Part shown: positions 39,001 through 48,536 of the stretch, in pieces | Layout: each line of letters opens with the position of its first letter | Position numbering within the stretch: position 1 is the stretch's first letter | Assembly: GCF_022539665.2 (NCBI RefSeq) | Contig: NC_081333.1 | Coordinates: 1,736,001 to 1,800,000 of the forward strand | Source of the DNA: Daphnia carinata | Lineage: Eukaryota | Direction: 5' to 3' | DNA length: 64,000 nucleotides | The notes under the pieces: generated by a model | The model's input: only the letters and a program-made list of their open reading frames with translations | Database searches by the model: none | Told to the model about the DNA's origin: nothing | Position numbers and translations under genes: made by a program

Positions 39001-40701
39001 AGGGAAATATTAAGCAATGAACTGTTATTAAACATATTTGTATTGATTTAGGCGTTAGAGGAACAGCAAAAGGCATTAAAAGAACAGATCAAGATTCAAG
39101 AGACTAAAGTAGCTGATTCAATGGCAGACAAGAAGCGAGTCAAAGCAATGGAAGCGGCCATCGCCGAGAAACGCAAAGATTACGACGCGGCCACTGAAAC
39201 GGCATCGAAAATTGAGACGAAAGTCCAGAAGGTCCACGCGAAAATCATGGAGTTGACTGAGGGTAAAATGAATAAAGCCCGAGAAAAACTAGACGCTGTC
39301 ACTAGCCAAATTGCAAAGGTAATGCAAATACGAAATCGGCACCTTCGTTTTCACTGACTTAAAGAGACGTTTTATAGCTCAGCACAGAAAAAACCAAACT
39401 TGGTGTGGCAATCAAAACTTCAGAGCGCAATTCAAAGAAGTCTCGAGATAAAATCGCCACTCTGGAACAGGAAGTGAAAGATGCCGAAAATGAATTACGC
39501 CAATTGCAAGAACGGCGCAAAGAAATCGAAGAGGAAGCTATGAGTGTTAAAACTTCACAAGAAACCCTGGAAGCAATTGAAAAGGAGATGAAACAAAAGT
39601 TGACCACGTTCAAAACTGAGCTTGACGCAGCCCTTAAGTAAGTCATCCATTGCACCTGTGACATTTCAAGGTAAAACTAAACCCGTAATTCTGCTCGATG
39701 TTCTGTTTTCAGAGAGGAGAACAAAGTTCGAGCCGAGAAAATTGACTACGATCAGAAAATGGAAAAATTTGAGGAAGCTATAGCGTCTCATCGAACCAAG
39801 GCTGAGCATTGGAAGAGAGAAATGAGCAAAATTAAGCTTCAAGCGATAGACGGAAATCCGGTCCCCGAACTTAAGCTTATCGCAGAGGAAGATATGGATG
39901 CAATAAGAGTAGATACGTTTCAGAATCAGATAACCAGAACTGAGGCAGAATTAGCAAAAATGTCGCCTAACTTACAGGTAAAAACTATTTCAGTTAATCC
40001 TTTCCTATTTCATAACCGTGGGTCGTTGGCATATTGTTTAGGCTATTGGCGATTACAGGAAAAAAGAGGAAATCTACTTAGCACGAGTTGCCGAACTTGA
40101 CGATGTGACTCGACAGCGTGACGAAGAACGAAAGAATGTCGACACGCTTCGCAAGGCTAGGCTAAGCGAATTTATGGAAGGATTCGCAATTATTACTACC
40201 AAACTGAAAGAGCTCTACCAAATGATTACTCTGGGAGGAGATGCTGAACTTGAGCTGGTCGATTCGCTTGATCCGTTCAGTGAAGGTATCGTTTTCAGCG
40301 TTAGACCACCTAAAAAGACCTGGAAGAATATCTCCAACCTATCGGGAGGTGAAAAGACGCTTTCATCATTGGCTTTGGTTTTCGCACTTCATTATTACAA
40401 GCCTACACCACTTTACGTCATGGACGAGATTGATGCAGCTCTCGATTTCAAAAATGTCTCCATTGTGGGGAACTACATCAAAGAGCGAACTCGCAATGCA
40501 CAATTCATTATCATTTCTCTTCGTTCCAATATGTTTGAGCTTGCAGATCGGCTGGTAGGCATCTACAAGACACACAACACTACCAAATCGGTGGCTATCA
40601 ATCCTAATACAATCGAAAAGCGGTCGGATATTGAAAACAGTAATCCTGCTTCAAATTCTCAAGCAAATGCCACTCCTGTTTCTACGATGACTGTCGCGTA
40701 A
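36011..40701 (+). CDS. SMC4: Structural maintenance of chromosomes protein 4 (condensin subunit), multi-exon
   Basis: NFKSYAG, Walker A GPNGSGKSNVIDSMLFVFG, HNRFLILQGEVEQI, hinge GIFGRLGDLGAIDEKYDVAIST and GTMSGGG, signature LSGGEKTLSSL, Walker B YVMDEIDAALD. Confidence 0.98.
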
Positions 40702-41149
40702 AAAAATAATAAAATTTCTTATTTTCCCCATCGTTTTCTCTTTTGAAAAATTTGACTATTTTACACATTCGAGTTCCAACGACCGAGGTCTATAGGTCAG
40801 CCCAAGGTCGGCAGCAGAGCTTCGAAGGATAGTTTAACCGCGATGTAATAGGGAAAGTGGCCAAGCGCGAGAGAAAGAAACTGGCACCTTTCGTTTCAAA
40901 CTCGTATAAGTTGCCGCTAGATTCTCTAGCAGTTAAGTGCCCCCAGTTTAAGTGGTTTAGGTTATTAAGCCTAAATTAAATTAAACAGTGAACACAATGC
41001 AAATTAATCCGTTGACGCCAAAAAATTAAGTAATTAGCATTATTCGAGAAAGTTGCCTAAACTGGGATTTGTGTGTATGTGTGATTTGTTATTGTATTTC
41101 TTTTACGTCTACGTTTTTGAACGAAAAAAAAAATATCTAAAATTTGTTT

Positions 41150-41350
41150 GTGAATATCACAGGCTATACAAAAAATTTAATGCTAATTCTGGGGAAATTG
41201 CTTTTTTTCATTAATTTAACTGTTTTGAAATACACCAAACATTTGACGAAATGCTAGCGCGTCAGTGCACTACGGCGCTAATGTGATACAATAGAAATAT
41301 TCGGTGAGTGTATGGGACAATTAACTAGAAATCTGACCGCTAGATGGCAA
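41150..41350. repeat. Diverged repeat unit flanking the palindrome (left)
   Basis: gaatatcacagg...aatgct.attc.ggg.aaattgct...aatgctagcgcg.cagt aligns in inverted orientation to ~46640-46785. aactagaaatct.accg.tagatggc recurs directly at ~46568-46593. Confidence 0.65.
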
Positions 41351-41546
41351 TATCAATAGAACAGAAAAGGCCGATTTCTATGGCAATATGGCAATCCGTT
41401 TTACATAAAAAAAAAATGGCGGAAAAAAAAAATCGCACTTTTTTCTTTTTTTCCGACACGTAGCCATCTACCGCTCAGACTCGTTATTACTGGCGTAGGC
41501 AATTTCAGTCCATTGGATGCCATTCGCAGTTAGTTCAGTAGCGTGG

Positions 41547-43025
41547 ATGGAGAATAACGCGTGGCTGAAGGAACAATTGAGAAATGGATAAGATAATACA
41601 ACAAAAGGATGGTAAGTATAAACATTATTATATTGGTTTTCAATTATTAATTATTGTTTATTATATCAAATTATGAAGCTGCAGGCCCAATTATTGGAAC
41701 AACACAAAATATTAGATAACAGCAAAGCTAAGGATGGTAAGGCCTAATACGTAATGATTCTATTTATTTGCTTTTATTCATTTGTGTTTTGTAGCTCAAA
41801 TTTTGAGTCTACAAGCTCAGCTAGGGGAAAAGAACAAATTGGAATGGAACAGTTTCCAAACAGTGAAGGAGGTTTTTCAAAACTCTTCCCTAACTGAACG
41901 TGAGGATGAGTTGGCATTAGGCAAACACAGTCAGGTACCTAAACTTCTCAAATAAGAATTCAAAATAAGTATAGAATTTAACAAACAATTATTTATTGTT
42001 TAGTTATTCAGTCCACCACCTGACTGTGTTAAATTTAAATTCTGTTAGTGCTGCACTAAAAGAATTGTTAGTAATAAGTCCATGCAGCGAAGGAATTGAA
42101 CAATTGTGGGACCGTATTTGGGCCGAAAATGGGTGTGGTACGGAAACCGAGATATGGCACGAGTTCAACATAAAACATGAATTAGGTACTTTTCGGTTTT
42201 TTGTCTATCGAAAAAGTATTTTTAATGCTATTATTTTGCATTCACAGAATTTTAGCAGGGGATCAAGTCAAATCTGGAAGTGTTACAGGATGGAAGAGTC
42301 AGCCTACAGTTGAAAAACACTGAAAGTGCATTACCATTAAGCTGTGAGGTAAAGTAATAGAGTATGCAAATTGTCTAATGAGAAGTACCATCTTGTGTGA
42401 ATGAATCCTGTGTAACAGCAATCCTTTATAGTTCTGTCACAGCTAGAGGCCTCTAATAATTCTGCTTCTCTGGCCAAAGAACAACTTGTCCTTTACATTC
42501 AGAGTGTTGGTGAAGCTGGGTGCTTAAATGGCCCTAAAGATGTTTTAATTTGGCTGCCATTGCAGAGATGAACATCATACATGGACTCTTTAGGTATGAA
42601 AGGATTTTTCTTCAAATAATTTTGAATTTATGACGAAGAATTTCTCCTGCTTTTTGCCAACCATGTCTAATCTTAAAAAAAAAATTATCCAACAGGAAAG
42701 GATTTTCAGCATACTGGGAACACAACTATCAACAATGCAACATTCTAGGGATGCTATTTTATCATTCAACAGCCTTATACAATGATTTTCATCTGCAATT
42801 TGTATGGCCTTTCCCAAGCTTCGGCCAGAAGTTGAATCTATAAGTCATGTAAGTCACATGAGCAACAATTGAGATGCTTAATGGTGTTTTTTTTTCTTTT
42901 CTCAGCATAGGTTAATAGTAACATTGGATCTGAAAAGCTTCTTGGTTGGGGCAAGACACTGAATAAATTGTAATGATTGAATGGATGACATGACATTTCT
43001 CTACTTAATTTGGATTCCCGAGAAG
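41547..43025 (+). pseudogene. Decayed multi-exon orphan gene, left-arm copy
   Basis: Regular GT-AG introns (gatg|gtaagt ~41612, gatg|gtaagg ~41738, cag|gtacc ~41935, ttag|gtact ~42186, gag|gtaaag ~42349). Exons read LQAQLLEQHKILDNSKAKD, AQILSLQAQLGEKNKLEWNSFQTVKEVF, SAALKELLVISPCSEGIEQLWDRIW and RDAILSFNSLIQ*FSSAICMAFPKLRPEV, with in-frame stops and a frameshift. Confidence 0.6.
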
Positions 43026-43059
43026 GTATTTTATATTTAAAAAATTGAAGTGCATATCT

Positions 43060-43434
43060 GGGCTCCCTTCCTTTCCGTAGCCCCGTTTCCCCTTGACTCG
43101 TAATAAGCCCGTAGGGGGTCATGCCCCTACTGTACGGTATATATAAAAATAACATATACCGAGGTTTGGAGGGCTCTGGCCGGAAAGGGGACGTGGGGTG
43201 CCGCTTAGTCCGATGATGTGTTCACGGAGGGCGAAGTGGCTACCCACAAATCCGAACTAAAGGTTAATCGCTCCTGTAAAAATGTTCCAAATCTTCAGCT
43301 CTTCTTCCGGCTTCTCTTAGCCAATCACCGGGTAATCTCCCCGGTGGGTCAACAAGGCAGTGTCTCCCCCTGCCTGGGTTGACGGCAACTTTTGAAAGGG
43401 ATGTTATGCCTTTTTAAAGTTGCAAAAATAATTG
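43060..43434 (+). ncRNA. Candidate multi-hairpin structured RNA in the last exon/3' UTR of the arm gene (left copy)
   Basis: GC-rich island with stems GTAGGGG/CCCCTAC, CGGTATAT/ATATACCG, GTGGG..GCCGCTT/AAGTGGC..CCCAC, CACCGGG/CCCGGTG, GTCAAC..AGGCAG/CTGCCT..GTTGAC and GCAACTTT.GAAAGG/CCTTTT.AAAGTTGC. G-U pairs favour + strand. AATAAA at ~43454. Confidence 0.55.
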
Positions 43435-43732
43435 TTATGTACAGAGAATTGTCAATAAAAATTTTTTTATAAAATATTTTTTGCAAAATTTGTTTCTTTC
43501 ATTGTCTGTTTTCGCTGTGTTCACACATTACATTTATCAACTTTTTGATTTTTTTTTGTTTTGCTTTATTTGTTTTTGTCACCTTTGATGGTAAGCATTG
43601 TTTCCATTGGTTTATCGTTTATCTGTAAGTATTCAAATATTATTTATTACACTCTTTGAATTCTTCAACTTAGATTCAAGGAACAACGTGTAATATTTGG
43701 ATATTTTTTTAAGTAATTTTGTATTTAGTTTT

Positions 43733-43803
43733 ACTCGTATGGGAACCGATCCACAGACATTCAGCGTGCAATGCCGATGCTCTAACATTGAGCCACGGGA
43801 TAT
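43733..43803 (-). pseudogene. tRNA-Ala(TGC)-like relic / Pol III cassette
   Basis: Minus strand: D arm GCTC-AATGTTA-GAGC, anticodon arm TCGGC-ATTGCAC-GCTGA, T arm TGTGG-ATCGGTTC-CCATA. Acceptor stem degenerate. Confidence 0.55.
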
Positions 43804-43898
43804 ATCTAAATATTGTATTATCGCATAACATATATTATCGTCTAGGATGTTTATGCAGTCTTTCACAACTATATGTTTATCTTTCTACTGCTCTCATA

Positions 43899-43970
43899 AG
43901 GTTCATAGCTCTATGGTAGAGCCTTTAGCTGCGATCCCTGTTACCCTGGGTTCAAACCTCAGTAGATGTG
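43899..43970 (+). pseudogene. tRNA-like relic with intact A and B boxes at the palindrome axis
   Basis: TAGCTCTATGGTAGAGC (D arm/A box) and CTGGG-TTCAAAC-CTCAG (T arm/B box). Anticodon and acceptor stems do not pair. Confidence 0.6.
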
Positions 43971-44104
43971 TAAAATATGAGGTAGATTAAATGTAGAAAC
44001 ATCCTAGACGATTCTATATATTTTTGCTAATACATTTTTATATATCTAATGTAAATGCAAGTCCACAAGTGACTAGAAAAAACTAAATTGACATCACATT
44101 AAAA

Positions 44105-44172
44105 AAATTCATGGCTCATATTAGAGCATCGGCGCGGTTGTTCCTTGAACATCCAGTGTTCGATCCCTGTAA
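44105..44172 (+). pseudogene. tRNA-like relic (inverted partner of 43733-43803)
   Basis: TGGCTCATATTAGAGCATCGGC followed by B box GTTCGATCC at 44158-44166. Confidence 0.5.
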
Positions 44173-44180
44173 TAATAATA

Positions 44181-46435
44181 GAATGCTTACAGATAAACGA
44201 TAAACCAATGGAAACAATGCTTACCATCAAAGGTGACAAAAACAAATAAAGCAAATCAAAAAAAAAAAAGTTGATAAATGTAATGTGTGAACACAGCTAA
44301 CACAAATAATGAAAGCAACAAATTTTGCAAAAAATATTTTATAAAAAAATTTTTATTGACAATTCTCTGTACATAACAATTATTTTTGCAACTTTAAAAA
44401 GGCATAACATCCCTTTCAAAAGTTGCCGTCAACCCAGGCAGGGGGAGACATTGCCTTGTTGACCCACCGGGGAGATTACCCGGTGATTGGCTAAGAGAAG
44501 CCGGAAGAAGAGCTGAAGATTTGGAACATTTTTACAGGAGCGATTAACCTTTAGTTCGGATTTGTGGGTAGCCACTTCGCCCTCCGTGAACACATCATCG
44601 GACTAAGCGGCACCCCACGTCCCCTTTCCGGCCAGAGCCCTCCAAACCTCGGTATATGTTATTTTTATATATACCGTACAGTAGGGGCATGACCCCCTAC
44701 GGGCTTATTACGAGTCAAGGGGAAACGGGGCTACGGAAAGGAAGGGAGCCCAGATATGCACTTCAATTTTTTAAATATAAAATACCTTCTCGGGAATCCA
44801 AATTAAGTAGAGAAATGTCATGTCATCCATTCAATCATTACAATTTATTCAGTGTCTTGCCCCAACCAAGAAGCTTTTCAGATCCAATGTTACTATTAAC
44901 CTATGCTGAGAAAAGAAAAAAAACACCATTAAGCATCTCAATTGTTGCTCATGTGACTTACATGACTTATAGATTCAACTTCTGGCAGAAGCTTGGGAAA
45001 GGCCATACAAATTGCAGATGAAAATCATTGTATAAGGCTGTTGAATGATAAAATAGCATCCCTAGAATGTTGCATTGTTGATAGTTGTGTTCCCAGTATG
45101 CTGAAAATCCTTTCCTGTTGGATAATTTTTTTTTTAAGATTAGACATGGTTGGCAAAAAGCAGGAGAAATTCTTCGTCATAAATTCAAAATTATTTGAAG
45201 AAAAATCCTTTCATACCTAAAGAGTCCATGTATGATGTTCATCTCTGCAATGGCAGCCAAATTAAAACATCTTTAGGGCCATTTAAGCACCCAGCTTCAC
45301 CAACACTCTGAATGTAAAGGACAAGTTGTTCTTTGGCCAGAGAAGCAGAATTATTAGAGGCCTCTAGCTGTGACAGAACTATAAAGGATTGCTGTTACAC
45401 AGGATTCATTCACACAAGATGGTACTTCTCATTAGACAATTTGCATACTCTATTACTTTACCTCACAGCTTAATGGTAATGCACTTTCAGTGTTTTTCAA
45501 CTGTAGGCTGACTCTTCCATCCTGTAACACTTCCAGATTTGACTTGATCCCCTGCTAAAATTCTGTGAATGCAAAATAATAGCATTAAAAATACTTTTTC
45601 GATAGACAAAAAACCGAAAAGTACCTAATTCATGTTTTATGTTGAACTCGTGCCATATCTCTGGTTTCCATACCACACCCATTTTCAGCCCAAATACGGT
45701 GCCACAATTGTTCAATTCCTTTGCTGCATGGACTTATTACTAACAATTCTTTTAGTGCAGCACTAACAGAATTTAAATTTAACACACTGTCAGGTGGTGG
45801 ACTGAATAACTAAACAATAAATAATTGTTTGTTAAAATTCTATACTTATTTTGAATTCTTATTTGAGAAATTTAGGTACCTGACTGTGTTTGCCTAATGC
45901 CAATTCATCCGCATGTTCAGTTAGGGGGGTTTGGAAAAACCTCCTTCACTGTTTGGAAACTGTTCCATTCCAATTTGTTCTTTTCCCCTAGCTGAGCTTG
46001 TAGACTCAAAATTTGAGCTACAAAACACAAATGAATAAAAGCAAATAAATAGAATCATTACGTATTAGGCCTTACCATCCTTAGCTTTGCTGTTATCTAA
46101 TATTTTGTGTTGTTCCAATAATTGGGCCTGCAGCTTCATAATTTGATATAATAAACAATAATTAATAATTGAAAACCAATATAATAATGTTTATACTTAC
46201 CATCCTTTTGTTGTATTATCTTATCCATTTCTCAATTGTTCCTTCAGCCACGCGTTATTCTCCATCCACGCTACTGAACTAACTGCGAATGGCATCCAAA
46301 TGGACTGAAATTGCCTACGCCAGTAATAACGAGTCTGAGCGGTAGATGGCTACGTGTCGGAAAAAAAGAAAAAAGTGTGATTTTTTTTTTTTTTTGGCGA
46401 AATTTTTTTTTTTTTGTGTAAAACGGATTGCCATA
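44181..46435 (-). repeat. Right arm of the inverted duplication, with second copies of the orphan pseudogene (~44787-46268) and structured RNA (~44383-44752)
   Basis: Reverse complement of 41387-43634 with scattered substitutions and small indels. Confidence 0.97.
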
Positions 46436-46519
46436 GTTATGGACTATCTACAATTGGTACAAATGACAGATGGGGTGAAACCACAGTATGACGAAATAGC
46501 CTGACGACGTTTGGCAACC

Positions 46520-47263
46520 GCAAGGTACCGTACAGCGCTAGCACGATGCAGCAGAAATGTTCGGTTAAACTAGAAATCTTACCGGTAGATGGCGATAACA
46601 TTAAGTCAAATATTATATATATATAAGCCCGACTAATACTGCATCACGCTAGCGCTGTACCGTACTGGCGCGCTAGCATTGTGTCACATATTCAATTTAG
46701 TTCAAAAACGATTAACTTAATGAAAACAATAGCAATTTTCCCGGAATCAGCATTCAATTTTGAATGTATCCTGTGATATTCTACCAATATTGATGAGTGA
46801 TAGTTTTTGCAGACAAAAATTTTTAAGCCCGACTAAATAAGCACGACTAAATAAACCCGACTTTGTGTTCGAGTGTGTGTAGAGAATTAACTTGATAACT
46901 GACCGTTAGATGGCGATTGTAAAATCGAAAAATCGGTGTCTTCGTATTCCGGAACGTCACCTACCGGTCAGATTTTAAATTATTCATTTTGTGCTTGTCC
47001 AAAACATTCAAATACCAGAGCGTACTGGCACGCCAAAATGGGAAAACTTCCAACGGTTGGCGCGCTAGTACGGTGGAACACATTCGTGATACAGTACAAT
47101 ATTCAATATATTAAAAAAACAACTGCTTTCACGAGAAAACTAATAATTTTCCTGATGTCAGCGTTTATTTTGACGTGTAATTATTATAGAATTCCAAGTA
47201 GTATACTTTTTCGTCAAATTATTGGGTTTGAAAATAAGGACGATAAATAAGCCCGACTTTTCC
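46520..47263. mobile_element. Cluster of diverged subterminal-type repeats (DNA-transposon relic end)
   Basis: Recurrent GCGCTAG, ACCGNTAGATGGCGAT and TAAGCCCGAC motifs. Related to 41150-41350 and 2197-2232. Confidence 0.55.
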
Positions 47264-47981
47264 AACAATTCAAGTTCGAGAAAACGCCATCTCTGGAGCT
47301 TAACATGCATAGCTCACGTTGTTTTGCGGGCGTTGCTACCCCTGGTATACCTATGATTTTTGCCGCGGTCAGTATAGGACACTTACCACAAAGATAGTTA
47401 AATCATCTAATCTACCACTCTAATGAGGCTCCGCTTTTGGTGGCATATCTATCGGAAAACTCTGCTAGAGAATAACATAATTTCGCGATCTGCAACACAA
47501 CAGTTTCCTTTCCAGAAATTTGAAAATTTGGACACGTCGTGGAATGAGCTGGAAATCTTTCAAAGGGGGTTTTAGATCGCTTTCTGACCTAACGTACGTC
47601 GTCTTTTCACTTTGACGACATCCAATTTTTCTCTACAACCACAATTAACCCAAATCACGGTCAACTACATCATACAACAGAAACCTTGCGCCGCTTAGCG
47701 CACTATACAGTTTTTGTTTAAAAAGCTATTTAGCTATCAGGAATTCCACCGTGAACACACAAACATCGTGAATAATTTGAAAAACCTTTATTAACTATCC
47801 GAAATGCGTAATTACATCTATAAAAAAATAAAGTTAAGGCTGTTTGTCACGATTGTTTGTCAGATAAAACCCAACATAGATGCTGTAATTCACGAATGAG
47901 ATTTAAGGGAGTATGATCTGGTTAATTGCGTCAGAAATTAGGAAAATTCTATTTACATAAAACGCGTTGCGAGTAGCTGCG

Positions 47982-48498
47982 TCATTCCTCCATCGTCGGA
48001 TTGACATAGGCGCAACCTTCTAGTTCCGCATTTCTATATGACGATGATGCGGCCCTTGAAACAGTAGTCTCATTAGGAGTTCCGGACATACCCGGAACGG
48101 GCACTGATGTTTGCTGTTCGACATCTTGGGCAGCTTGATCGAGACCTAGAAGCCATAAAAATAAACATAAAAAAAAAATTAGTCAAATAATTCTCGAGAA
48201 TGAATATAAGGGCGTTGCAGGGGAATCCCATTAATGTTAGCCGTGCAAGTTTCCCAAGACGTGTTTGTTAGTTACACTCAAAATTAAGAAGCACATGATA
48301 TAATCAACATCGATCTATTCAATGATATCCAATGTGGAAGAATATGCAGGAACAATATGACATAAACGGTCGCTCGTCTTGTCGACCAACATGACGATAT
48401 GACCCAGAATCAATACAATACGTTCTCTGAAGCCAGAGAAAATGTACAACTATTCAACATATAGTCATAGGGAGGGGAAAATTAGATCAGGGGGGTTA

Positions 48499-48536
<38 letters not shown>

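Larger units (their letters stand above)
41387..43634 (+). repeat. Left arm of ~2.25-kb near-perfect inverted duplication
   Basis: Reverse complement of 44181-46435. Identical spurious ORFs appear on opposite strands in the ORF track (42590-42817 vs 44993-45220; 42838-43155 vs 44656-45021). Confidence 0.97.

Noticed and set aside
43205..43240. Hammerhead ribozyme core (CCGATGA-tgtg/cacg-GAGG)
   Set aside because: Lacks the invariant CUGANGA and GAAA; no cleavage-site geometry found.
42560..43434. Selenoprotein (in-frame TGA plus downstream SECIS)
   Set aside because: TAA/TAG stops and frameshifts are also present, TGA is explicable by CpG decay, and no AUGA/GA quartet with apical AA was found.
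41547..43434. Fanzor/TnpB with omega RNA
   Set aside because: No RuvC acidic motifs or CxxC zinc ribbon in any reconstructed exon; kept only as an architectural analogy.
43733..44172. Functional tRNA genes
   Set aside because: Acceptor stems do not pair and two units lack a normal anticodon arm; reported as relics.
42590..45220. Duplicated ORFs MGKAIQIAD... and MLFLYIPYS... as genes
   Set aside because: They are antisense to the splice-signal-bearing strand and duplicated only because of the palindrome.
2197..47263. One giant 45-kb transposon bounded by an 18-bp TIR
   Set aside because: The motif is repeated locally at both sites, no TSD is evident, and the interval holds ordinary host genes.
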